Shown here: one piece after another, positions 37,213 to 46,815 of the stretch
Layout: each line of letters opens with the position of its first letter
Position numbering within the stretch: position 1 is the stretch's first letter
DNA from: Candidatus Poribacteria bacterium
GTDB taxonomy: Bacteria; Poribacteria; WGA-4E; WGA-3G
Assembly: GCA_965198235.1 (NCBI GenBank)
Contig: OZ240248.1
Span: 3,136,001-3,200,000, forward strand
Direction of reading: 5' to 3'
Length of the DNA: 64,000 bases
The notes under the pieces: model-generated
What the model was told of the DNA's origin: nothing
The model's database searches: none
What the model saw: only the letters and a program-made list of their open reading frames with translations
Program-made: the position numbers and the translations under genes

Positions 37213-38748
37213 ATGCAACATAAGCAATTTCCCCCCAATCCGAGCCTTGAACATCTTAAGTCCCAAGCCAAGCAGCTCCTTAAGGCGCATAAGGAAGGCT
37301 CTCCTGATGTGCTCCAGCGTATTCGTTCATTTTTTCCAAAACTCTCCGATGCCACAGACGCAGAAATCCAGGATGCCGCATTCGGTTTGCAAGACGCACA
37401 ACTCGTCATTGCCCATGAATATGGGTTCGCAAGTTGGACGCGTTTAAAGGAAGAGATCCTGCATCAGGAACGAGAGACGGAATCAACATCCGCCGAAGAC
37501 CTCTTGTTCCAAATACTCCGCACCTCCGATCTAACGCAGGCGGATATTCAACGCGTAGACGATCTGCTAACTGCCGACCCCTCGCTTGTCTCTGTGAGAG
37601 ATGAGAGCGGACGAACACCGATCCAAGCCCTCGCTTCTCGCAAAATCATAGATTTCGGCAAAGAGCAGTGGTATAATCCGATACGGCAACTCTATCAGCT
37701 CCTTAGGGAACATGGGGCAGAAACGAATATCGTCGCGGCGATTCGAATGGATGACCGTGAACAGGTTCAAGCGGACATCAGAAACAACTCCCAAGTGCTT
37801 AAGCAAGGGTTTGACATTCCGGGGAACTGGCGGGGCATGAACCTCCTTGCAGTTGCCGCGGGATGCGCTCGCACAGAGATCGCCAAAATCCTGATTGAAG
37901 CAGATCCGTCGTTGGTGACGGGAGGACAGGCTGAAGGTAAAGCCCCGATGGATTTACTCGTGAAACCGTGGCACCACTCCGCTTTTGACGTTGAGCCGCG
38001 AAAACCGCTCTACGACCTCTTGATTGAAAACGGGGCAGTGCCGAATTTAGGTGCCGCAATTATAATGGATGATGAGGTCAGAGTTGTAGAATACATCTGG
38101 AGCGACCCCAAGCTGTTTGCGCAGCAGTTTGTTTGTGGCAATCAGATTGTATTTCGCCCCATTGAAATCGCTGCGGCTTATGGGCACGACTTCATCCTTG
38201 GTGTTCTGTGTAATCTCGCATCGGCGCACGAAGTAGACATTACACAGGATTTAGCATCCGCCTTGACGCAAACCTTTGCTTTGGACGTAACGGAACGACT
38301 GCTTGAAGCCACTAAACCATCAGCTCCAGTTTTGACGAATGCCCTTGCTTTTGCATGTGAGGTATATCAGCCTGAAAAAGTTCTCTTGTTGCTCAAATAC
38401 GGTGCCGATCCGAGCGCGCCCTTTAAGGCGAAGTTTCGCTACGATGTTGGGCAGAACTTGAAGCCGAGTGACAATGCGTCTGTACACATAGAGATGTCTC
38501 CGCTCCTTGTGGCGATTGGGACGTGGTATGGGGTGAGAGAGTCGGTACCCGCACTCGACGAATGTCTGGAAATCGTTGAAGCACTCCTCGAAGCGGGGGC
38601 AGATTTGCATCGGAGTTATAGGGTGGATATAGATGGTGAGATTTTGGAGCTGACACCGCTGACGTATACACAGAAACTCGCGTCCTTGTTCCCGGATAAG
38701 CCGTTTAAAAGGATAATCGAAGTTCTCTCCGCAGGTGATGCAACTTGA
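37213..38748 (+). CDS. ankyrin-repeat protein with conserved N-terminal helical domain
   Basis: PSLEHLKSQAKQLL..LQDAQLVIAHEYGFASW N-terminus; GRTPI, LLKYGADP, LLEAGAD ankyrin-like units; GAGGAG RBS. Confidence 0.75.
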   Translation: MQHKQFPPNPSLEHLKSQAKQLLKAHKEGSPDVLQRIRSFFPKLSDATDAEIQDAAFGLQDAQLVIAHEYGFASWTRLKEEILHQERETESTSAEDLLFQILRTSDLTQADIQRVDDLLTADPSLVSVRDESGRTPIQALASRKIIDFGKEQWYNPIRQLYQLLREHGAETNIVAAIRMDDREQVQADIRNNSQVLKQGFDIPGNWRGMNLLAVAAGCARTEIAKILIEADPSLVTGGQAEGKAPMDLLVKPWHHSAFDVEPRKPLYDLLIENGAVPNLGAAIIMDDEVRVVEYIWSDPKLFAQQFVCGNQIVFRPIEIAAAYGHDFILGVLCNLASAHEVDITQDLASALTQTFALDVTERLLEATKPSAPVLTNALAFACEVYQPEKVLLLLKYGADPSAPFKAKFRYDVGQNLKPSDNASVHIEMSPLLVAIGTWYGVRESVPALDECLEIVEALLEAGADLHRSYRVDIDGEILELTPLTYTQKLASLFPDKPFKRIIEVLSAGDAT

Positions 38749-38812
38749 TGTGGGTTTGACTTAAGGGTTTACTAAGCTTTGGACAATCCGTATCACATTG
38801 CGGATGAGCGGA

Positions 38813-38868
38813 AACACAGGCTAACAGCCTATGCTACACAGAGACACAGGCTAACAGCTTATGCTGCA
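38813..38868 (-). repeat. tandem GTAG REP pair
   Basis: cacaggctaacagcctatgctac repeated twice (minus strand GTAGCATAGGCTGTTAGCCTGTG). Confidence 0.75.
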
Positions 38869-38918
38869 AAGGGGGCAACTTGCGTTAGGAATTAGCAAAA
38901 CCTGTGAGTCTTTAGAGG

Positions 38919-39040
38919 AATCGGGGGAATCCGTAGAGGAAACACCCTATCAATACGCAGAAATACCCAAGCAAAAACACCCCAAGCAATACGCAGAAAC
39001 ACCCTATCAAAAACACCCCCAGCAAAAACACCCCTCCTAC
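38919..39040 (-). repeat. GTAG REP whose loop carries ~100 nt of shuffled C/A-rich modules
   Basis: Arms AATCGGGG...ACCCCTCCTAC of the REP AATCGGGGTTACAAACCCCTCCTAC enclose modules CACCCTATCAA, TACGCAGAAA and CCCAAGCAA. Confidence 0.8.
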
Positions 39041-39099
39041 ACAGGTTTAGCGATTTTAGGCATGAGGAATTGTTATGGATCCGGGGTTGGATAGTCATA

Positions 39100-39921
39100 C
39101 TATTCAAGAATGCGCCATTCCCCGCTTTCTCGGAGTTCCAAGACGAAAATCATGCGTCCTGATGGATTGGACAGCCCATGCGCTGTAGAGGCGAGTTTGA
39201 GGTCGTAATCATAGTCAACTATAGCGAGCGTCTCACTCAAGAATTCGATATCTCCATTCTTAGAAAGACTCAGGTCGATGGTATGGTTGGCCTCGAACAT
39301 GTTCAATGCCCCTTCACGCTCCTGTGAACCGCCCCGAAATATTATATCATCACCGAGATTATCGGGTGTGCCCATATCACTGACATAGAAGAAGCCGTCA
39401 TCCGATATCGCGGACATATATCCTTCAATATCGTGAGTTTCGAGACTATTTCTCCATTGTTCCTCAATCACGGAGTTTATCACGGATTTCTCTAAATCGT
39501 AGTCGATTTCATCATCTTCTACATTGAAATTCTCCTGTTCTATTTCCTCAGTAGTATCCTCCTCAAGGATCGAAGAAAGCCATGCTTGAAATTCTCTGAT
39601 TTCATCATCGTTGCTCTGAGCCGTGGGCACGCTTTCTGGAACAGGAGGCGTTTCCATCTTAGAAAGCTCAATGTTTGTATCTTCTTGTGGTGTGTCCGTT
39701 ACCGTTTCATCGACGACTGTTTCTGGTATGTTTTTGACGAAAGGAGACATAGTGATTCGCCGACTCACTGGCCTTCGGGAATCGGAATTCCCTCCTACGA
39801 CGACATGTTGTGGTTCCTCTACGTCAGGCGACTGGACTTTCAGCACTTGAAACCCAATGAAACCGACAACAAGAATGCCAACGATACCAATGATGATTTT
39901 GGTGTTCGTTGCTACTTTCAC
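39100..39921 (-). CDS. membrane-anchored protein with C-terminal SnoaL/NTF2-like domain
   Basis: GTG 39921 with AGGAGG RBS, N-terminal TM helix, acidic linker, W..SLETHDIEGYMSAISDD..GEWRILE. Confidence 0.65.
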   Translation of the reverse strand: MKVATNTKIIIGIVGILVVGFIGFQVLKVQSPDVEEPQHVVVGGNSDSRRPVSRRITMSPFVKNIPETVVDETVTDTPQEDTNIELSKMETPPVPESVPTAQSNDDEIREFQAWLSSILEEDTTEEIEQENFNVEDDEIDYDLEKSVINSVIEEQWRNSLETHDIEGYMSAISDDGFFYVSDMGTPDNLGDDIIFRGGSQEREGALNMFEANHTIDLSLSKNGDIEFLSETLAIVDYDYDLKLASTAHGLSNPSGRMIFVLELRESGEWRILE

Positions 39922-39970
39922 GAAGACCTCCTGAAATCGATTCGCAAGCGTTGCGAATTTCGCGTCACAG

Positions 39971-42900
39971 CTACTTCCGCACGGCGATTTTTCCGACCTT
40001 TTGTTTCCGGACATCCCCTTTGCGAGCGGTAAATTTGTAGAGGTAAACCCCATTCGCAAGCGGTTCGCCGTCACCGTCGTAACCATCATAGTAGAATTCG
40101 TTGAAAGAGACGGACGCATCGAGTGTGTCAATGGCGATAATGCGGCGACCTGTAATCGTGTAGATTTTCAGACTGACCTCGTCTGCACTTTCCGTGAGGT
40201 AATAAGCGAAATGCGTGCCGCTTCCCGGTACAAATGGATTCGGGAAGTTGGCAATATTTTTGATTTCAAATTCCCCAGCTACAGTCGCAGTGCGATCGGT
40301 GTCTGAGATATTGCCGTTTGCGTCCTGTGCCTGTAACCGGATGCGGTATTCGCCGGGTTCCAAGACAGGGGTATAGGTGATCAGGAGTAAGTTATTGTTC
40401 GTAGGAGATGCCGCAATTACATATTCGTCTTGCGACACGTTTTCACCGTTTTTGGTGAGGATTATATTCTCCGGACGTGAATCAATCCCGTTTGCATCCT
40501 CAATCTGTGCCGAGATGGTTGGTGTATCAGAGACATAGTCGCCATCTACGAAACCTTGGTGGTCAAAGGTTAACGCAAGTGCGGGTGGACTTGTGTCACT
40601 GTGTGAGAGCAGAGCAAATGTCCCGGGCAGTTTTACCTCCGCAGAGATAAGGTCTCCACTCGTTGTTGCCTCGCCGACCCGAATCCAATTTCCGTTGTCA
40701 TTGTCCCGCCGATAGATATGGGCATCGCCGTTCCTTTCTTTTTGGAAAGTGGCGGTTACTGTCAGTGTAGGAGGGGTTTGCAACCCCGATTCCTCCAAGT
40801 CAAATTGATAGGCGAGTGCCGATGTTGAGAGTGCCGCTGTAATATCGGGCTGATTTGTAATGGTAAGGGCTTCTTCGGCATAAGTCAGAACGGTACTCGT
40901 TTGCACACTGCCGGACGGAACAGCGATACGAAAGATACCGTCTGGACTCTGAATCGGTTGATCGAGCGTTTCGGGTGTAAGAATAATACGGTTGCCCGAA
41001 AACCGCCGCGATGTCCAGTTATTCCTTTCACGTTCTTCAATGATACTTCCCTGTGGGTGTTCGGCGGATGGTGGATCTACGTAGACGGTGACGAGATATT
41101 CACCAGGGGGTGGTTGCCAAGGAACATGGACGACAACTTGGCTACCGGGTAGAACTTCGGGAAGTATTTGGAGATCCCCGATTGGAGTAGCGTTCTGGAG
41201 TTCTTGGAGTATCGCCGCAACGCTGACGTTTGTATTGGTGGGGGTATCGGTGTTACCGCTCAACGCTTTTACAAAGAACTGAACGGGTACGTTTCGAGCT
41301 GTTTGGTTCTCTCGGTTTCGGACTTGTGCTGAGAGTGTAAACGGAGGTGTTGTGTCCCATGTAAGGGTTTGATCCAAAACGACGAGGTCAATGTCAATTT
41401 CATCATATCCTACATCGTAGGTGACTAACTCTGTGTGAAATGTTCGCCCACTTTTAACTTTGATCTCGGCGTAATAATCGATAATTTCTCCGTAGGGATA
41501 TCCCGGAATAGGTCGCTCGCTTCTGTAGGTGGTGCCGGTATGCGGCACAACAGGAATCGTGAAAAATTCGTGACCATCCAGACTCCAAAACAGCGTCATT
41601 TCGTCAATAGCATTTTCGTCGGCGACTTCTACGTAAAGGTGCGCCGGTTGGTTCGGTGCAACAGGAAACGGAACAAGGCGTACGTTATTGACATATCGAG
41701 ATAGGATGTTGTAGGTTGCATGCCCCAAAGCCTCTTCATCTGCATTCCATGCGTAAATCTGGACAGCACCGACATCAAAGTCAGGATCAGCAGAGACTCG
41801 TATTTCTGTGCTAACCTGTCCATTGACGATAGAAACGATTTCCGGTTTCAGTTTTATGTTTTTTGAGATTGCGGTTTCAGTTGTCGGAACAACGGTAATT
41901 TCGGCATCTCCACTAAAGTTCCGATCGGGTAGCGTTCCAGAAACGGAGAGAAGGGTATCTCCTTGAGAAGCGTTTCGCCCTTGCTCGGCACTGATGTCGG
42001 CTGTGACTTGTATTTTGTTGCTCGGTATTTTCAAGTTTGTCGCTGGATCCCCGAAAAGCGTGAAGACCTCGGCGAGATCGAGGAATCTGGGTGTGTTGAT
42101 GAGGAACTGGGTTTTTGCCTGCGCAAGGATGGCACCGAAGTTGTACATTTCTTTGTTGAAGATAACGTCAAAAATTTCGGCGTTCAGATAATAGTCGCCA
42201 TCAAGCAGTCCGATACTGGTTGCGCCGATGACAGCGACGGCACCGCCATTTTCGGAGCGGAGGAGTTCTTCAGCGAGACTGTTTTTGTTCCCGTCAAACG
42301 AGCCGGTATAGCAGGTCATGCTGATAACCAAGGGGAGTTGTGAAATATTGGTTAAGTTCTGTTCCGGGTCTGCAAAGTCGAGCATCCGACTGGAAGCCCA
42401 TCTACCGCCACCGCCGTGTCCGATATAGTTGACGATACTGGCTCCGTCGTTAAAGCCGTCGATAACCCGTCTACCGATAGGTGTGAGGATATTGTCGTCG
42501 CTCAAAGTCGGTTCGTCCGTATGGGGCGCGTAGATACGTTGGGTTTCGTATCTGCCAATCAGCTGATTGTGGGAAATGAGTTGGGTGGTTTGCCAGTGGA
42601 ATCTCAAATCTGATCCTGCGAGCATGAGGAACCGCTTATGCCAAGAACCGACTGGCGCAGATGTCTCGTAGTTGATGGTGCGTTCGATAAATATGCGGAG
42701 ATCCACGCGATTATTAGCCGGCATTCTACCGATGAGCATGTCTGGAAAACTATCTTCTCCTCGAAATGTAACGAATTGGTGGTCCGATGCACCCGATCCG
42801 TAGCCTGGGATTTGCACCTGGATCGTTGGGACAAAATTGGGTTTATTTTTAATGTCGATATTTGTATCGCCTATGAGAAAGACATAGGTCGGAGCAGGAG

Positions 42901-45127
42901 GCTGCCAATTGTGGTAGGCGTAATTGAGGAATTCACGGATGGCTTTAGGATTGAGGATACCGTGGTTAAATTCATCGTAGATGTTTTGGACATCGACGAC
43001 TTTAGTGCGTAGTCCTTGTTGCGTGCGATGGTCGGCAAGGGGCTGAACGTCCTGAATAAAGTGATTATGTGTAATGATAATGTAGTCTGCTGCGTTGTGA
43101 GAGCTGCGCAGATCGGATGGAGCGTCTACCGAAATTTTCGGTTTTCGGAATTGGTTACGGGTAAGGGCAATGTATTGGATTGTAGGATCGCCCGTATCCT
43201 TAGGACGGATTTGGGTTGAACGGAAGGGAATTCTATAAGTACCAGGCACTTTAGGGTCAGTGAGCGCGGATAAGCCTACGTAGCGAGTGCCATCGATGCC
43301 GTAAATTTCGATGTCTGGTGTGGTAAAGTTTTTTAATTCGACTTTGAAGTTTGAGTTCACAGCACCTGTTTCGTCACGGAACGGAGTAATTGCAAAGGGT
43401 AGCACATCCGCTTTTGCTTTAAAATCTCGCCAGTAGTCGATTTGGAGCCAATTGAACAGGATGATATCGATAGGAGCTTCAGGGTTACCGGGATTTGTAA
43501 TCCGAATCGTGTTCTGTCCATTATTAAGAAAGGACTGCGGGATATCCTGATTATGAATTTGGTATTCGGTTTCGCCATTCCAGCGTGCTTCTCCAAATTC
43601 GATTTTATCGTTTAGCCAAATAGTGCATAGGTGCGGTGTATTGGATCTACCGTGGAGGCTGACTCGGACCCTTGTAGGTAGAGCAGTCTCGGAAACGCTG
43701 GGCAGATTGAAGTTAAATGTTTTTAATGCGGGAGCAGTCAGTTGTGCCCAGAACCAGCTGTCGTCTGGGAGGGGTGGCAGCTCCGTCAAACGGAACTGAC
43801 GCTGTAGTAACCCTTGACTAAATTCTGTATATGTCTGGCGTTCTGTAAGGTTTACATGACGGAAGTGCCTGAACTTTAGGTCTTTCTCGATATGTGCGCG
43901 CGTGAGGAAACGCTGGTAAGATTGCGTGTTACTTGTATTTGGGAGTGGCGTTTTCGTTCCCATCCGGATCCCTGGTCCCGCACCCCAGGAGAGCCAATAG
44001 ATGTTCTCATTGGAGTAAGGGTCGATGTAACTGGTCTCTCCGTGCTGGCGTTCGCCATAGAAAATAATTTCGTCTGTTGGGTTGAATCTTTGGGCGTCTT
44101 CGCCACGGACAAAAATTGGTATCTGCTTCCCTTTATTTGTTAGCGTTAAAGTCGCTGGAGCAATAGTCTCTAAATTGGCACCCGCAGCTGCGAGATCCTG
44201 CGCCGTAACGCTGTACATACCGGATTCGGTGACATTGATTTTATAACGCGGTCCTGTGAATGGAACGCTTGGTGCTGCAGGGGAACGCGCTTTTACAGAT
44301 GAAATGGGGGAAGAACGCCATTTAGTGGCACTCTGTGGGTTAACAAGCATATCGGCGAAGATTGCGTCATAAGCAGCAGATTCAGTATGTAAACCGCTTG
44401 GTATAGTAGATAACACAGTAGGCTGTGCAGACATCCCAGTTCTGCTAAAGCGTACCTCTACCACGAGTCGGTGGTAGAGTCTCACTTCACGGCGGGCAGG
44501 ATTGTACTGGACAGGATTCAGTTGGATCGGGAGGACGCGGTTCTCTCGGATCCAACCGGCTTTTCTGATTTCTACGAGACGCTCTGGGAAAAAACTATCT
44601 CTTTGCTTGCTTGAAGTGGACGCAATTGCTTCTATCTTACGCGTGCTAAAATCCCTATCGATCACCCGCAATTGGAAATCTACATCGGGTGGGACACTAA
44701 TGAGCGTAGATTGCATCGGAAGGCGCAGTGTTCCGAATTCGGTGGTGAAGTTACATCCGGGGAAAGATATGGTTGGACCTGCGGTGTTAGAGACCTGCAA
44801 GTTAGTGCCTAATTGCTCGGCTGATCCTATTCCGACACCACTATTATCGAAAAGGAAATCGGATTTAGGGATGACGAGTTGGATGGTTACGCCTTGCGAG
44901 GTACTACTGACTAATTCAATCTCTCTTTGGGTTTTTGCGCTGTTATTTGTTGAAGCACGAGCGCGTTGGTTTCTTAGGGTAATCGGTGCTGCAGCCGCGA
45001 TTCCAAAAGAGCGATCCGAGTTCGGGATAGGCAGCGGAGATGTTTTCAAGCAGAGGAAAAGAGCTATTAATAGTAGTGATAACCGTTTATAGGCAGGCGC
45101 GTGCAGTGCTATGGGACGAATTTGCAT
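39971..45127 (-). CDS. C25 (gingipain/PorU-like) cysteine peptidase with CARDB-like and FlgD-Ig C-terminal domains
   Basis: Propeptide PVQYNP, IYDEFNHG, catalytic NYIGHG and SMTCYTG, LFGDPA, NFPNPF...LANGVYLYK. Confidence 0.88.
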   Translation of the reverse strand: MQIRPIALHAPAYKRLSLLLIALFLCLKTSPLPIPNSDRSFGIAAAAPITLRNQRARASTNNSAKTQREIELVSSTSQGVTIQLVIPKSDFLFDNSGVGIGSAEQLGTNLQVSNTAGPTISFPGCNFTTEFGTLRLPMQSTLISVPPDVDFQLRVIDRDFSTRKIEAIASTSSKQRDSFFPERLVEIRKAGWIRENRVLPIQLNPVQYNPARREVRLYHRLVVEVRFSRTGMSAQPTVLSTIPSGLHTESAAYDAIFADMLVNPQSATKWRSSPISSVKARSPAAPSVPFTGPRYKINVTESGMYSVTAQDLAAAGANLETIAPATLTLTNKGKQIPIFVRGEDAQRFNPTDEIIFYGERQHGETSYIDPYSNENIYWLSWGAGPGIRMGTKTPLPNTSNTQSYQRFLTRAHIEKDLKFRHFRHVNLTERQTYTEFSQGLLQRQFRLTELPPLPDDSWFWAQLTAPALKTFNFNLPSVSETALPTRVRVSLHGRSNTPHLCTIWLNDKIEFGEARWNGETEYQIHNQDIPQSFLNNGQNTIRITNPGNPEAPIDIILFNWLQIDYWRDFKAKADVLPFAITPFRDETGAVNSNFKVELKNFTTPDIEIYGIDGTRYVGLSALTDPKVPGTYRIPFRSTQIRPKDTGDPTIQYIALTRNQFRKPKISVDAPSDLRSSHNAADYIIITHNHFIQDVQPLADHRTQQGLRTKVVDVQNIYDEFNHGILNPKAIREFLNYAYHNWQPPAPTYVFLIGDTNIDIKNKPNFVPTIQVQIPGYGSGASDHQFVTFRGEDSFPDMLIGRMPANNRVDLRIFIERTINYETSAPVGSWHKRFLMLAGSDLRFHWQTTQLISHNQLIGRYETQRIYAPHTDEPTLSDDNILTPIGRRVIDGFNDGASIVNYIGHGGGGRWASSRMLDFADPEQNLTNISQLPLVISMTCYTGSFDGNKNSLAEELLRSENGGAVAVIGATSIGLLDGDYYLNAEIFDVIFNKEMYNFGAILAQAKTQFLINTPRFLDLAEVFTLFGDPATNLKIPSNKIQVTADISAEQGRNASQGDTLLSVSGTLPDRNFSGDAEITVVPTTETAISKNIKLKPEIVSIVNGQVSTEIRVSADPDFDVGAVQIYAWNADEEALGHATYNILSRYVNNVRLVPFPVAPNQPAHLYVEVADENAIDEMTLFWSLDGHEFFTIPVVPHTGTTYRSERPIPGYPYGEIIDYYAEIKVKSGRTFHTELVTYDVGYDEIDIDLVVLDQTLTWDTTPPFTLSAQVRNRENQTARNVPVQFFVKALSGNTDTPTNTNVSVAAILQELQNATPIGDLQILPEVLPGSQVVVHVPWQPPPGEYLVTVYVDPPSAEHPQGSIIEERERNNWTSRRFSGNRIILTPETLDQPIQSPDGIFRIAVPSGSVQTSTVLTYAEEALTITNQPDITAALSTSALAYQFDLEESGLQTPPTLTVTATFQKERNGDAHIYRRDNDNGNWIRVGEATTSGDLISAEVKLPGTFALLSHSDTSPPALALTFDHQGFVDGDYVSDTPTISAQIEDANGIDSRPENIILTKNGENVSQDEYVIAASPTNNNLLLITYTPVLEPGEYRIRLQAQDANGNISDTDRTATVAGEFEIKNIANFPNPFVPGSGTHFAYYLTESADEVSLKIYTITGRRIIAIDTLDASVSFNEFYYDGYDGDGEPLANGVYLYKFTARKGDVRKQKVGKIAVRK

Positions 45128-45404
45128 TTTTTTAATTATTGGGTTTCTGCTCCGATTGGTCTTACAGCCCAATCGGGTTTTCGATGCATTTTTGAGGCAT
45201 CGGTGGTGATTAAAGGGTTTAAAGGCTTACCGTCAATAATATATGTGCCTTAAGGCTAATGTGTGTATTTTATGGTTTTAGTTCCGATTATAGTCTTTGT
45301 TGTGGGTCGTCTCATTTTTCTTTAAGTAATGTGAGGGGTATAGAGAACCGAGAGGTAAATGCTCCTGACTTTAGACATATAGGATTGCTTGTTCGGCGCG
45401 CCTG

Positions 45405-45500
45405 CCGAGCGAGGTATTTCTGCGGATTTCTCCGGGGGTCTCGCTGGTAGGGGTTGGTTAACCCAACCCCTACTGGTAGGTGTGCGATTGGAGGTCGCAC
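45405..45500. repeat. REP cluster with modular insert
   Basis: gcgaggtatttctgcggatttctcc; gtaggggttggttaacccaacccctac; gtgcgattggaggtcgcac. Confidence 0.65.
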
Positions 45501-46094
45501 TTACTTGTTTTCAGCGAGATGATAGATCTCAATTTCTCGAATTTGGGCGATCGCGGGTTGCATGACGCGATAGTGTGGATAGTATTGACCCACAAGGGTC
45601 GTCCGACGATCGACGATTTTGTCTCCCGGTTCTGCCACTATTTTATTCACAATGACATCATCAACGGTTCGGGTAACGGCGACGCGAATCATTTTCGTCC
45701 GGAAGTTCAATCTATCAAAGATGAACTCGGCTTGCGCGCGGTCGTCGCCAATATTGCGCCGCTGAATGATTGTATCAAAAGTCTCCCATTCACCGGTTTC
45801 AGGGTTCAGATAGTCCATCTTGAACCGGAATAGGTTGCTGTTGTGAATAATGATTTTTCGGACGGGATGGACCTCAGCGAATCTGATGATGAAATTCCGT
45901 TCATTGCGCGCTGGGAGTGTTGCCAACGTTTTCAGATTTCCATCGTTCATGCCGGGGTGATTCGCTTCGGTGCCGTAGGCGGCACTCGCTATATTTTCAC
46001 TGTACTGTGTGGATAACACCTGTGCAACTCTACACGCATTGAGGTATAAGCCCATGGCTATGAGGCAGCAGATAGTTAAAGTCATGCGTTTCAC
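45501..46094 (-). CDS. lipoprotein with discoidin/F5-8-like fold
   Basis: Lipobox-like LNAC, MNDGN, C-terminal IREIEIY. Confidence 0.55.
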   Translation of the reverse strand: MKRMTLTICCLIAMGLYLNACRVAQVLSTQYSENIASAAYGTEANHPGMNDGNLKTLATLPARNERNFIIRFAEVHPVRKIIIHNSNLFRFKMDYLNPETGEWETFDTIIQRRNIGDDRAQAEFIFDRLNFRTKMIRVAVTRTVDDVIVNKIVAEPGDKIVDRRTTLVGQYYPHYRVMQPAIAQIREIEIYHLAENK

Positions 46095-46378
46095 GTTAGT
46101 TCCTCCTGAAGTGTTATATCGACCCGATCAACAATCCCCATGACGAGTTCTCGGATAGGTGCATCTTCAATGCCGAATACCTCTTGTGCAACACCCGGAC
46201 CTGCACCGACTATCACTGTGTCTCCTTCGCCGGCACCGACATAGTCGACAGCAATCGTTGGGGTGCGAACGAGTTCAGATTTGACGCTCAACGGTTGGAT
46301 GAGCAGCAGTGTGCGGTTTTCGTATGCAGAATGTTTAACGATAGAAACGACTTTTCCGATTACTTTGGCGATGTACAT
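46091..46378 (-). CDS. eutN: bacterial microcompartment vertex protein (EutN/CcmL family)
   Basis: AKVIGKVVS..K, IAVDYVGAGEGDTV, GIVD. Confidence 0.9.
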   Translation of the reverse strand: MYIAKVIGKVVSIVKHSAYENRTLLLIQPLSVKSELVRTPTIAVDYVGAGEGDTVIVGAGPGVAQEVFGIEDAPIRELVMGIVDRVDITLQEELT

Positions 46379-46458
46379 TTTTTAACTATGAGCCTCTGGA
46401 CATTGTTCCACTACGTTCCACAATGGTTTCTGGTTAATTCCAACGCGACTGCTGATGG

Positions 46459-46761
46459 CTATTCTTCTGACTGCTGACCGCCATTCTTTGTGTCAACCAG
46501 CGAAATAGAATCGACGATGCCAACGATGGCAACATCGACCGGCATCCGCTTACCCGGGATGACACTGACTGCATCGCCACCGGTAACGAAATAGACGGTT
46601 TCACCAACGCCTGCGTCGTGTAGCGTATCCACAGCGACGAGTGGTTCAGAAATGGGGTTGCGTTTCTCGTCTAAGGGTTGCACGATGAGGAGACGTGAGC
46701 CTTCTAAGCTCGGGTCTTTTCGTGTTGCGACGACGGTTCCAATAACTTTTCCTAAATCCAT
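46459..46761 (-). CDS. eutN: bacterial microcompartment vertex protein (EutN/CcmL family)
   Basis: GKVIGTVVATRKD, VAVD...AGVGETV, PVDVAIVGIVD. Confidence 0.93.
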   Translation of the reverse strand: MDLGKVIGTVVATRKDPSLEGSRLLIVQPLDEKRNPISEPLVAVDTLHDAGVGETVYFVTGGDAVSVIPGKRMPVDVAIVGIVDSISLVDTKNGGQQSEE

Positions 46762-46815
46762 TTTTTTAAACGATAGCCTCTTGCTCTCAGCTTAGGTGTT
46801 AATAGTTTAAAATCA

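Noticed and set aside
38919-39040. Possible CRISPR array (and the 77-aa and 71-aa ORFs over it)
   Set aside because: Units are 10-14 nt, abut each other without unique spacers and vary in order; the ORFs are translations of the repeat.
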